Shown here: in pieces, positions 13,347 to 24,068 of the stretch | How the letters are laid out: every line of letters starts with the position of its first letter | How positions within the stretch are numbered: position 1 is the stretch's first letter | Source: Azolla caroliniana | Taxonomy: Eukaryota; Plantae; Polypodiophyta | Length of the DNA stretch: 64,000 nt | Assembly (NCBI GenBank): GCA_043228905.1 | Contig: JBHGNT010000005.1 | Location: 23,064,001-23,128,000, forward strand | Direction of reading: 5' to 3' | The notes under the pieces: model-generated | Seen by the model: only the letters and a program-made list of their open reading frames with translations | Database searches by the model: none | Told to the model about the DNA's origin: nothing | Translations under genes and position numbers: made by a program

Positions 13347-16300
13347 ATGTCTAGACAAAATAACGACCACATCACCGAAAGAGGGAGACGCCAAGCCGAA
13401 CGGCAGCGACGACGGGAAGCCCTGCAGCAAGCCGTCGACGAGATCCGGCGCGATCGGTCATTCTCAAAAACGCTTCGGCAAATCGCAGAAGACGCACTGC
13501 AGTTCCAGGTTCTACAAGCTTCCGACGAAGGCAGTAGCATAACCAGCCTCCAAGAAGCGGAGACACTACTACAGACTCTCGCTGGCGGCGACGGGGACGC
13601 AGCGGCATTTGCAACATTAGAGGCGGATTCGGATAGCGGGGAAAGCGTGGGATTCCGCTATAAAAGCAGCCACGAGAACAACCCCTTTGAGTCGGATCAC
13701 TCAGCAACATCGGAGCCAGAGGAGGAAGTAACTCTGGAGTTCGGTGACCGGCAATCGCCGAGGAGGGAGGAGCGGATACCAACACCACCCGCGGAGGAAC
13801 CGCAGGAGCGGTTATCAACACCACCCGCGGAGGAACCGCAGGAGCGGTTATCAACACCACCCGCGAAGGAACCGCAGGAGCGGATACCAACACCACCTGC
13901 GGAGGAACCGCAGGAGCGGAGACCGACATCGGAGGAACCAGCGCAGGAGAATCAGTGGGACGACACGATGCCGTATCCGTACCCAAAGTATCGGGATGAG
14001 CCCGACGGAGAGGCACATGTGTATGCATTCCTGCGAACATGGGAAGCCAACCACGTGTCCCAGAGACTGACGGAGCCCGAGGCCGACCGATCCAAAATCG
14101 CCGAATTCGGCATGACATTAGAAGGATCGGCGGCCCGGTGGCACGACAAGCACTTACCAGGCAGCTTCGCCACGTTCGAGGCATTGAAAAACCAGTTTTT
14201 ACGCTTGTTTCATAGACGAGTGGAACAAAGGGAATTGGTCGGACAATTCTACACAACTCGGCAGGGAGAAAACGAGACGGTCCCACAATTTATCATTCGT
14301 TTCCAGACATTGCACAGTCAATTAGCAAGAGCACCACCCGAAGAGGAGGCCAAGGCAGTCTTTTTGGCTGCGTTAAAAGACCCACTTCGAGCGATGTGTG
14401 GAATCCTCGATTTCAGCACCAGTACAATGGACCAAGTCATTGATCGGGTCCTGGAAATGGACAACACGAGCCCCTTCTTGCCGATGGGGGCGTTACACCA
14501 GGCGCTCCCGAAGGAGGAGGACCTCCGGTTCCAACAAGCCCTACAATGCACAACATGCCTAAATTCGGGGCACTCGACCGTCGACTGCACCCTGCGTGCA
14601 CAGTGCATGATATGCAATTCTCGCGCCCACACAACGAACCGATGCGAGTATAACCTGTTAACTCGACAAGCGGCACCGGTCCGACACATAGAACCGCGCA
14701 ATCGGGACCCGGAAGAGGATCGATTCCGGAGGGACGACCGCTACCGACGAGAACGCGGCGACAGATACCCCGATAGAAGACGCGACAGCTATGACCGAGA
14801 AGAGAACCGAAGGGATAGCTACCCCCGGGACCGGCACGACCGAGAGGAGAACCGAAGGGATAGCTACCCCCGGGACCGGTACGACCGAGACGAATCCCCG
14901 GAATACGAGCGACGCAGAGAAGAAAGGCGGCCAGGGAACCGGAATTTCCGACGGAACCAAAGGCGTGGATTCTTCCGTAGAGAGGAGCGTCGGGAGGCAA
15001 CAAGGAATGACAAACCAGTAGCGGCACCGGAGAACCAAAAGACCGAGGACAACCGCCGGGGAATGCCCCTTCCCCAAACATGGGAAAAAGGAGAATCCAG
15101 CAACACGCACAGGGTGTACTGTTATTACTGCCGAAAAGAAGGGCATTACAGTAATCAATGCCCAAGCAAAACAGCCGACAAGCAGCCAGCAGTCAACATG
15201 TTGACAGCCGAAGTACAGCAGGTTACCACGCGGTCGAAGGGGAAGGCCGCCGAATGGGAAGCCCAGGAAGCAATCAGAAAACAAGCGGCACAATGGATCA
15301 AAGAAGCCAACGAACAAGGTGCGGCGGAAGTAAGAAACCAAAATATGCCAAGGGAGGACGAAATCGTACAGCCTGGAGAAAACCCGACATGGCAAGCACT
15401 ACAAGATTGTCAGATCGTGCTGCTGTTGGCACGGTTACTACAGTTGGTGCCGCGGTTCACAGCAGACTTACAAGCCGCCGTGAGCAAACCGACGCCGACG
15501 CCAGCACCGGCATTTTTCTCCAACCCGGAGGAAGGCCCAGCGGTGGTTGATACCAGTAGCCCAGCAATCACGACAATCGTCAAAGGAAAAGAGATTCCAG
15601 GAACAATTATTGACGGAGGCTCCGGGGTGAACGTCATTAGTCGACAGACATGCGACGACCTAGGCATCCAGGAGTGGGAACCATGCCCCTTCTGGTTACG
15701 CATGGCGGATACAAGCTCAGTCCGACCAACTGGTCTTATCCGGGACTTGGAAGTAACAATAGGAGGCCACGTATTCCGAATATCGGCCGTGGTACTAGAG
15801 CTGAATGTACAAGGCGCATATCCCCTACTGTTAGGACGACCATGGCTGCGAACGGCGCATATCAAGCAAAATTGGCAAAAGAATATGATCACGTTCCGAC
15901 GAGGGAAAACAAAGGTACGGGTAGCCACGCAACCACGGGTGCTCACTAGTAAGGAGGCAACCCCTTTATATGCCGAAAGCATCAACATGTTGGAGGGCTT
16001 ACCGGATGAGGAAGTTGATCGGTACCTCGAGGAACACCCACAGATCGTACCACTTTTTGAGGTGGATATCACGGCAGCAGTAGAGCCGTACATCACAATG
16101 CCGGACGAGCCGGACAAAGTGGCGATCCGGGAACTACGCCAAGCACAGGAAGCCCTAGAAAGAGAAATGACGATATCCCAAAGGGTGAAAGCATCCCAGC
16201 TGGAAGAGGTGGACCTCGGCACAACAGAACAACCCCGATCGGTAAAAGTCGCGAAGGAATTGCCGAAGGAGGAAAAACAGGCAATGGTAGCACTGTTAAC

Positions 16301-19163
16301 GGATTTCAAGGACGTGTTCGCATGGTCATACGAAGACATGCGAGGGTTGGACCCCCAGCTCTACCAGCACCAAATTCATCTAAGTACTGACGCGAAACCC
16401 ATCGCTCAACGTCGGTACCGGATGAATCCAAACTATGCGGCAAAGGTGAAGGAGGAAATTGACAAGCTTCTCCGGGTCGGATTTATCCGACCAGTCAAGC
16501 AGGCAACCTGGCTAAGCCCGATAGTGGTGGTCCCGAAAAAAAACGGCAAAATCCGGGTATGTGTAGACTACAGGAAACTAAATGCCGCGACAGTGACCGA
16601 CGCTTTTCCACTACCATTCACGGACGGAGTGCTAGATGCGGTGGCCGGCCACGAAGTTTACAGCTTCCTGGATGGATTCAGCGGTTACAACCAAATCCGA
16701 ATGAACCCGGCCGACCAAGAGAAAACAGCGTTCGTGACGGAATGGGGAGTGTTCGTAGCAGTCGTGATGATGTTCGGATTAAAGACAGCCCCTGCAACAT
16801 TTCAAAGGATAATTATGGAAATCTTCGGTGATTTTATTCCCGGTTTTATGCAGGTCTTCCTAGACGATTTCGCCGTCTACAGCCGACACGGAGAGCATCT
16901 CGATCACCTACGACTATGCTTAGAAAAGTGCCGCGAGTACCGATTAAGTCTGAACCCGGCTAAGTGCGTCTTTGGAGTCGCAAGCGGCAATTTGTTAGGC
17001 CACGTGGTGAGTCGAGAAGGAATCGCGGTAGATCCGGATAAGGTAAAAGCAATTCTAGACGCACCGGCACCGAATAGCGCAAAAGCTTTAAGCCGATTCC
17101 TTGGTCAAATAAGGTGGCATAGTCGGATGATACGGCACCTTGCCGACTTTGCGACACCATTGCACGCTGCTGTACATAGAATACCTTTCCAATGGACAGA
17201 AACGGAGGAGGCAGCCTACCAAGCGTTGAAGGTCATGCTGTCACAAGCTCCGGTGGTGCAGCCGCCGGACTGGAGTAAAAGCTTTCACGTGTTCGTCGAC
17301 GCGTCGGACGTAGCAATCGGCAGTGTTTTGATGCAACTCACGGAACCGAAATGGTATCGGCCGGTGTACTACGCAAGCAGGAAACTCTCGAAAGCCGAAC
17401 GGAACTACTCTACAACGGAACGAGAGGCATTAGGAATGGTGTACAGTGTCACAAAGTACAGGCACTATCTGCTCGGACGAAAGTTCTCTTTCCACGTTGA
17501 CCACTCGGCACTACTCTACCTGGTCTCAAAGGCAGCCCTGACAGGAAAACTCGCACGGTGGACGCTGCTATTACAGGAATTCGAATTCGACATTTTCCAC
17601 CGACCCGGGGTGCAGCATGCGGTAGCAGACTACCTGAGCAGACTAGAATCCGGAGAATCAGGGGACGGCGTACAGGACGAATTTCCCGACGCCGAGCTGT
17701 TTAAGGTCACGACGGCACCGGCAACGGAGACCACAGTAGCGGACGAAGACAAATGGTTAACCGAAATGCATCAGTTCCTGAGCACCGGAGTTCCCCCGGA
17801 AAACCTGGACCGAGACGAACGGAAAAGGATGGCAGTACGGAGCAGACATTTCTGCTTGGTAGGAGACACCCTCTATCACAAGGGGGCAGATGGCGTATGG
17901 AGGCGAGCAGTGCGGAGCGATGAAAAGGATCTGATCCTGAGGGAAGCCCACTATGGAATTGCAGGCGGGCATTATGCCGGCGAAACAACAGCCCGGAAGA
18001 TATGGCAGAGCGGACTATGGTGGCCGACTACCATGAGAGATGTCGTTAAGTATAGCAGGGAATGCGACCTGTGTCAACGACTGGGCCAACCCACGGAGCA
18101 GGCCCGGATGCCACATCAACCGGTCTTGCCATTAGAACCATTCCAAAAGTGGGGCTTGGACTTTGTCGGCCCCTTTAAGCCACCGGCAATGCGGACCGGA
18201 AATCGGTATATAATAGTGGCTACCGACTACTGCACCAAATGGGTAGAAGCAAAGGCACTACGGGACAACACGGCGGCGTCCACGGCCAAATTTTTATATG
18301 AATGCATATGGTGTCGGTACGGATGCCCGATTGAGCTGATCAGTGACCAGGGAGGACATTTTCTCGGGCAGGTGGTGGAAAGTTTGACCTCATTCTATGC
18401 GGTAGTACACAAACGAAGCACTCCCTACTACCCTCAAGCCAACGGATTAGCGGAATCAACGAATAAAACGCTACAGAACATCCTTAGAAAAATCGTCAAT
18501 GAGAACCGGACCGACTGGGACACGAAGTTGCAGAGCGTGCTGTGGGCGTACCGAACGGCGTACAAGACTAGCATCCGGACGACCCCGTTCCGACTGGCAT
18601 TCGGCTTGGAAGCAGTCATGCCAGTAGAATTCCAAATTCCTAGCTTAAGAATACAGGTTAAGGAGCGGTTAAGCGAGAAGGAATCGGAACGAATCCGGCT
18701 GAAGATGCTGTTAGAACTGGAAGAAAATCGAATAGCCAGCCTGCTACAGCTAGAACTAGAGCAAAGGAGGAGGAAAGCCTTTGTAGACCGACACCGGCGC
18801 GGTAACGAAAAGGAATTCGAGGTCGGGAAACCAGTATTACTGTTCCAGACAAGGATGGGGAGCATGCCAGGGAAATTGCGATTTCGGTGGACCGGACCAT
18901 TCTGGATCACAAAGGAGTACAATGGGTCTTACCAGCTCGGGACGTTGTCAGGAGAAGTTGTGGGCAAATGGGCAAATGGGTTTCGCCTAAAACCGTATAA
19001 GGGGCACATGCCAGCTAACCCCTTCAAGCAAGACCCGGACATCCTGAATGGCGAGGAACCGACACAGATCCAGAGGACCGAGGAGCCGACACCGAGGCGG
19101 AACAACGAGGAACCGACAACAGTACGCACCGACCCGAACACATCGGGGGGAACCGAACAATGA
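13347..19163 (+). CDS. Intact Gag-Pol polyprotein (gag with 3 CCHC knuckles, protease, RT, RNaseH, integrase)
   Basis: Single ORF, first ATG at 13347 (MSRQ). Motifs IIDGGSG, CVDYRKLN, FLDDF, VDASD, H..H..C..C, WGLDFVG, SDQG, NGLAE. Confidence 0.95.
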   Translation: MSRQNNDHITERGRRQAERQRRREALQQAVDEIRRDRSFSKTLRQIAEDALQFQVLQASDEGSSITSLQEAETLLQTLAGGDGDAAAFATLEADSDSGESVGFRYKSSHENNPFESDHSATSEPEEEVTLEFGDRQSPRREERIPTPPAEEPQERLSTPPAEEPQERLSTPPAKEPQERIPTPPAEEPQERRPTSEEPAQENQWDDTMPYPYPKYRDEPDGEAHVYAFLRTWEANHVSQRLTEPEADRSKIAEFGMTLEGSAARWHDKHLPGSFATFEALKNQFLRLFHRRVEQRELVGQFYTTRQGENETVPQFIIRFQTLHSQLARAPPEEEAKAVFLAALKDPLRAMCGILDFSTSTMDQVIDRVLEMDNTSPFLPMGALHQALPKEEDLRFQQALQCTTCLNSGHSTVDCTLRAQCMICNSRAHTTNRCEYNLLTRQAAPVRHIEPRNRDPEEDRFRRDDRYRRERGDRYPDRRRDSYDREENRRDSYPRDRHDREENRRDSYPRDRYDRDESPEYERRREERRPGNRNFRRNQRRGFFRREERREATRNDKPVAAPENQKTEDNRRGMPLPQTWEKGESSNTHRVYCYYCRKEGHYSNQCPSKTADKQPAVNMLTAEVQQVTTRSKGKAAEWEAQEAIRKQAAQWIKEANEQGAAEVRNQNMPREDEIVQPGENPTWQALQDCQIVLLLARLLQLVPRFTADLQAAVSKPTPTPAPAFFSNPEEGPAVVDTSSPAITTIVKGKEIPGTIIDGGSGVNVISRQTCDDLGIQEWEPCPFWLRMADTSSVRPTGLIRDLEVTIGGHVFRISAVVLELNVQGAYPLLLGRPWLRTAHIKQNWQKNMITFRRGKTKVRVATQPRVLTSKEATPLYAESINMLEGLPDEEVDRYLEEHPQIVPLFEVDITAAVEPYITMPDEPDKVAIRELRQAQEALEREMTISQRVKASQLEEVDLGTTEQPRSVKVAKELPKEEKQAMVALLTDFKDVFAWSYEDMRGLDPQLYQHQIHLSTDAKPIAQRRYRMNPNYAAKVKEEIDKLLRVGFIRPVKQATWLSPIVVVPKKNGKIRVCVDYRKLNAATVTDAFPLPFTDGVLDAVAGHEVYSFLDGFSGYNQIRMNPADQEKTAFVTEWGVFVAVVMMFGLKTAPATFQRIIMEIFGDFIPGFMQVFLDDFAVYSRHGEHLDHLRLCLEKCREYRLSLNPAKCVFGVASGNLLGHVVSREGIAVDPDKVKAILDAPAPNSAKALSRFLGQIRWHSRMIRHLADFATPLHAAVHRIPFQWTETEEAAYQALKVMLSQAPVVQPPDWSKSFHVFVDASDVAIGSVLMQLTEPKWYRPVYYASRKLSKAERNYSTTEREALGMVYSVTKYRHYLLGRKFSFHVDHSALLYLVSKAALTGKLARWTLLLQEFEFDIFHRPGVQHAVADYLSRLESGESGDGVQDEFPDAELFKVTTAPATETTVADEDKWLTEMHQFLSTGVPPENLDRDERKRMAVRSRHFCLVGDTLYHKGADGVWRRAVRSDEKDLILREAHYGIAGGHYAGETTARKIWQSGLWWPTTMRDVVKYSRECDLCQRLGQPTEQARMPHQPVLPLEPFQKWGLDFVGPFKPPAMRTGNRYIIVATDYCTKWVEAKALRDNTAASTAKFLYECIWCRYGCPIELISDQGGHFLGQVVESLTSFYAVVHKRSTPYYPQANGLAESTNKTLQNILRKIVNENRTDWDTKLQSVLWAYRTAYKTSIRTTPFRLAFGLEAVMPVEFQIPSLRIQVKERLSEKESERIRLKMLLELEENRIASLLQLELEQRRRKAFVDRHRRGNEKEFEVGKPVLLFQTRMGSMPGKLRFRWTGPFWITKEYNGSYQLGTLSGEVVGKWANGFRLKPYKGHMPANPFKQDPDILNGEEPTQIQRTEEPTPRRNNEEPTTVRTDPNTSGGTEQ
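13767..13950 (+). repeat. 36-bp in-frame tandem repeat (ERIPTPPAEEPQ, about 4 copies) in the gag N-terminus
   Basis: Repeated aggagcgg..aacaccacccgcggaggaaccgc. Confidence 0.9.
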
Positions 19164-19435
19164 TGAGGCACATGTTTAAAATAAAAAAATAAAAAAATAA
19201 AAAAAAATTTTAAAAAAAAAAAAAAAATGATGACGTGGTGCTACGGTTAGAAATCAATGTAATGAAGGAAGTAGTTACAACCGTCACACGGGTGCACGAG
19301 CTATTTAAAGCGCAGAACGTGGGTGGCCGGTGTACAAGATTTAACACGCGCGGCAATCAAGGAGTCATGATGACAGACACGTAGGAGATTCGACACACGC
19401 GCCAAAGAAGCACAGGCATGACACGCGGCAGCAAA

Positions 19436-19540
19436 GGACAGACATGCTATTCATGACAGAGCATGCGCAGGCGCCAAAAATAGGACATGCTATTCATGAC
19501 AGAGCATGCGCAGGCACCAAAAATAGGACATACTATTCGA
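19436..19540. repeat. Tandem duplication of about 43 bp in the spacer between pol and ORF2
   Basis: gacatgctattcatgacagagcatgcgcaggc(g/a)ccaaaaatag twice, plus a partial copy. Confidence 0.85.
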
Positions 19541-19787
19541 GGCAGAGGACGTGCAGACGCCGAAATTAAAAAGTAAGATGCTAATTATGGCAGAAGATAC
19601 GCACGCGCGAAAAACAGGAAAAGGCGGCTCGAGGGAAACGCCACTATATAAAGGAAGAACCGGGGAAGGGTTCACTTTTTACGAATTTTCCCACAAGCAA
19701 ACGCAGGCTCATGACAGCAAGATCCGACGCGCAGAACACCTACACCCCGACCTCAGACCACAGGCAGCAGCAAACGAAGAAGAAGCG

Positions 19788-22701
19788 ATGGCACTGTCGG
19801 ACGGAGCGCGACAATGGCTGACGGAGAACGGATTAGGAGGGCTGCTGCGGGTCGCTGACGCTCCACCACACAAGGAACCAGAGCAGGCGGCAACAGCGGT
19901 GGACTTAGCAGAGGTCACTGAAGGAGCGGTACAAGCGCTCACAGGGATTTCGGAGGGAGGACTTCAAACAATAGAGCTACCCTCGAGCCAAATATTCTTC
20001 GAGTATTTCGGCGAATACTCCCTTAGCAGCAAGGCGTATCGCACACAGGGCGGAGAGAACCTGCTCTTCGGAGAGGTGGCCCGCGCCCTGATGGAGTATG
20101 GGTTCGTGAACCCTCGTCCGGCAGCCATAGCCAAATACCGAGCAGCGATCGTCATCGCGACATTCGAAGGCCTGCAGGTGGACTGGCTCCATTCATCACC
20201 GAAGGACTGAAAGAGGCGATCAAGCACTTGGTGGAAGGGAAGAAGCCATGGTCCGGAATATCCCAATGGTTAACAGTGTTGGTCCCACCGGTGTCCCCCA
20301 TCAAGCACAAGCAAAGAAGTCGGCAGGAGACTACCCCGAAGCAAACCATGAAGCGCCGACGAATACTAGAGAAACACACCCCAGGATGGACACAGGAAGA
20401 AGAAGCGCCGCGGGAAGAAGGATCGTCCCGACAGCCGCGGAAAGAAGGCTCATCTCGACAACCGCGGGAAGAAGACTCATCCCGACAGCAACGGGAGGAA
20501 GGCTCATCATGGCAGCCACAGAAACAGCAACAGCAACCGACAACGAAGAAGAAAAAGGCGGAAAAAGGCAAGGAGAAGCTGGCAAAGAAGACCAGCAAGA
20601 GGCAAACCGACACCGAACCAGTAACGCTCGAATCGGAACCGGTACCAGTAAAGGAACCAATAGTGGCACCGACGGAGGACGCTGAAACAGAGGAAGAGTC
20701 ATCCGAACCAATGTTAATACTACCACCCAGGCAAGGAAAGGAGAAACGAGCGACAAGACCGACCCCAACAACGGACGGAACTCAGCAAAGGGCAAAAGAA
20801 CTGCCTCCAGTAACCGGAACAGAAGCGACACAGGATGAAGGGCCATCTGCACCAAAGACGGCAGTACCGGAACCGACGGCGGCGGAGTTCGAAGAACAAA
20901 GGAAGGAACAAGCGCCGGAACAAGAGAAGAGGCCGGAGAAACAGCCGGAAAAACAGCCGGAGCTAGGCACGCCTGCTGACACCAACGAAGGCAGAACAAA
21001 GGCACAATGGCTAAAGTGGTTGTCAGGGCAGTTGTCGGGAGTAGCAGACCAGATGGAGAAAGAGGAGGAGCAAAGAGAAGAAGTGACTAGGACGACGACT
21101 AAGGAGATGGTCATGCTCCGGGCACAATTACATGAGCTGCAAGAAGAGCTAGCACAGGCAAAAGAAGGCAGCCGACAAGCGCAAGATGGCACCGAGCCGG
21201 TCGGGACATCAGAAAAGCAAGCCGAACCAGAAACGGAGAAGGCCTTGCAAACCGGCCCTGAGACCGAGAAGTTAATAGCAACTTTGAAAGAAGAATTACA
21301 GGCTCAGGAGGCATTGAGAGATAACGAAAGAGAGCGGCGGAAGTTGGTAGAAGACGACAGACGGCGAATGGAGGAAGGCCTTCGCCGAAGCAAAGCCACC
21401 AATGACCGACTACAAGAAGAAAACGGGACACTGCAAAAGGAAAAAATAGGCTGCGCCGACGAATGGAGCAGGAAATCGAGCGGTTGCGAGAGGAACTCCG
21501 ACAACAACAGGACCGGGATGATCGGTTGCGAGCTCAGGCGAATCGACGCCTAAAACAGAAGACGGAGGAATTCGACCAACTATGTAAGGATTATAAACAG
21601 GCCACGTCGGACATCAAGAATCAGGCAGCAACGTACGACCGACAGATAGAGAAGCTGAAAGAGCAGCTCAAGGAAAACCGCTTGGAATTGTCCAAAGCAA
21701 GGGAGGAAGTATCGGCAGAGAAGACCTTGACGTCGGAACAAAGAAAAGAGATGGAAGTACTTCGGCAGAAAGTAGGGGAGCTGACAAAGAGTTGGAACGA
21801 GGAAAAAGTGAAGTCGACTTTCGAAATCAACAAATGGCGGAGTATCTGTGACAAGCAAAAGGTCGACTCGGAAGCTCAAGCTCAGTTAATGGCCGACATC
21901 ATCAAACGGATAAGGAAGGAAAAACAAGCAGCTTCGGAACAGGCTAAAGCAGGGGTTGACCGAATTAAGTTCATCATGTCAAGCTGGAGTACCCGAGCTC
22001 AGGCCAGCATAAATGAAAGCACGGAGAAACTCTGGAAGGAATGGGCACAACAGGCAGCTGAACTGCAGACACTCCGAGCTGATGCAGAGAATCGGAAGAA
22101 AACCGGAGATGGGTTCTATAAAATGGACGAAGAAAGTATCGTCAACATCCGGGAAGAACTGTCGGAGGATTTCTATGCTCTAGCAGAAGAGCATCTCAGG
22201 GAAATCCGAGGGTTAGTGGAGAGGTTGGATGACGGGCAGCTCGAAACCCAGCTAGAATTGGAAGGGTACGAGAAGGACCGACTGCGACAGGAAGCCGAGG
22301 GACACACAACGCCGATCTCCATTAGTGAGGGCGAGCAACCGGCTGAAGAGGACCCAACCAACAATGCACCCCGACAAGAATTACCCGAGGAAGAACTTCC
22401 GGAGCAAGAGCAGGTTGATGCCGGGGATGATGCAGAGTGGAGACAGAGAAGTACCGAATCCGGGGAGGAAAGGACACAACCAGTGGAAACCGGAGAGAGC
22501 GATACCGGGAACGGAACGGAGGTAGAGCAGGACAGACCCGGACAGGATACAGAAGAAACACCGGTACTACCGGTAGAAGCAGAGTCGGAGCAGCAAGATG
22601 CGAAAAGGCAGCCAGTCCAATCGGAAGTCGGAGACGGCACAGGCAAAACAACACGTGAAACCTCTGAGCGGAGTTTGCTGGATAATTTGGAGGAAGACTG
22701 A
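19788..22701 (+). CDS. Extra ORF2 of the Gypsy element (~970 aa if two 1-nt frameshifts at ~20190 and ~21445 are repaired): globular N-terminal domain, low-complexity linker, long coiled coil, acidic tail
   Basis: Three consecutive plus-strand ORFs join seamlessly (..VDWL/PFITEGLKEAI.. and ..LQKEK/NRLRRRMEQE..). TATATAAA at ~19645 lies upstream. Confidence 0.7.
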
Positions 22702-22708
22702 AGCCGGC

Positions 22709-22749
22709 TGTGGGTTCGAAGTGCAATGCACTTTCCCACGGGCGTGCCA
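22709..22749 (+). other. tRNA-Arg(UCU)-like 3' half (T arm plus acceptor strand plus CCA) in the position of the PPT
   Basis: TGTGGGTTCG[AAGTGCAATGCACTT]TCCCACGGGCGTGCCA, then 2 nt, then the 3' LTR. No purine run adjoins the LTR. Confidence 0.7.
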
Positions 22750-23129
22750 TGTGTTGGCCGGTCAGAGAAGGCAAATGGGAAAGCAAGGTCGGATCGGATA
22801 AATATAGAAATAGGAATAGAATTATTAGGAGGGACGGATCCGGTAGTTGTAACCGATCCGGATCCGAACCGATTCGGTTTCGGTTAACGGTTGCTTATCA
22901 AGCACCGATTGTAATCTGGCCGGATGCCTATAAAAGGATCCGATGTTTTGTAATGAAGACGCGAAGAATTAATATAGTTTTGCTTATGCTGATTAATCTT
23001 GTCTTCGTCTGTGCTTAAGTGTAATTATCATACGCGTGTATTAACATCCTATCCCTACCACCCCTTTGGAGAAGTGTCGGATAGACACCTGTGTTGCGGC
23101 TAGTCCAGCCATACATACAACAAGGGATA

Positions 23130-23314
23130 ATGGAGCTGGAAGAAGACGACTTCGCGGAACTTTTTGTCGAAGTGATGAGGGAGTTTGGACGAGCTACAGC
23201 AAGACGAGAGATGGCGCAGCAAGCGGTTGAGCGAGTGGTCGAAAGAGTCAGTCGTTTCAACGGGGACAAAGTCCCATCTTACTTGGAAGCCTACAACGCG
23301 GAGATGGAGGAGCG
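23130..23314 (+). pseudogene. gag N-terminal fragment of the Trp-PBS Gypsy that starts at 12529
   Basis: QAVERVVERVSRFNGDKVPSYLEAYNAEM resembles KAVDNILARVGIFEGMNLTRFLKIYNKEM at 37681-38034. Confidence 0.75.
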
Positions 23315-23498
23315 ATTTGGCATACATGCTTATTAAAGAATTTGCTATGTACAGGCTCATTTCAAGACACCGATAATGTTCTCGGATATTGGAATGGATT
23401 TTCGTGCCTTTTTGAAGGTCCTTCACTTTGGCGCAAGACTTGAGTAAACCTACAAAGCCAACATCTTCATTATATGGTAACCACCTTCTTCTGATCAT
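23315..23498 (-). pseudogene. Truncated PLS-class pentatricopeptide repeat (PPR) gene fragment
   Basis: FVGLLKSCAKVKDLQKGTKIHSNI..SLYIANSLISMYAK is a typical L-to-S PPR motif pair; it ends abruptly at the gag junction. Confidence 0.75.
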
Positions 23499-23934
23499 TC
23501 TCCTCGTTTAGCAAAAACATTTTCCATGTGAAATTTAGATTAAACAAATCTTATTCTTCCTAAGTTTCTTCAGAAACCCAAGAAGGGTTACATTGCCTGA
23601 AAGTCCTAGGAACGACTGATAACGGATTCTTTGTTCAAAATATGGGGTTCTATTTGAGGGAAGAAAACATCGAAGTAATAAAACACACACTGTCACTCTC
23701 ATGTATCCATACATGTGTAGATAGATAGGCACATATATGAATATACATATATAGCTTTGACAAGGCTTTTCATGTGATGGTCAATCTCTCCCTGAAATTT
23801 ATAAAACATTAATGTCAGCCTCAAATTTCCCGACATCATTAATGTAGGCCTGCCTCCTTTTCTTGCTTGGTAAGGTTTTTGCTACCCTCTGTAGCTAGAA
23901 ACACATGCGTTGGATTGGATCCCCCCCTACATAC

Positions 23935-24068
23935 TGTTAGGTAACAGGTCCCTCCGGACGGGAAGAGCATGAGTCGAATCGGATGGGGTCGATATTGGCT
24001 AAGGCCGAAAATGGACAAATCGATTCTATAGCCGATTCAAGTGACTATATTTGTAAATAGTCTTAATG
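23935..24068 (+). mobile_element. Truncated Copia LTR start, related to the LTRs at 47933 and 34337
   Basis: TGTTAGG..GGTCCCTCCGGACGGGAAGAG..GACTATATTTGTAAATAG motifs are shared with those LTRs. Confidence 0.65.

Larger units (their letters stand above)
12924..23122 (+). mobile_element. Full-length young Gypsy retrotransposon, non-chromovirus Athila/OTA-like (no extra RNaseH seen), with an additional downstream ORF
   Basis: 371-bp LTRs at 12924-13294 and 22752-23122 with one difference seen, perfect TSD AGGGA, PBS TGGCGACCAC at 13301-13310, uninterrupted gag-pol. Confidence 0.97.
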
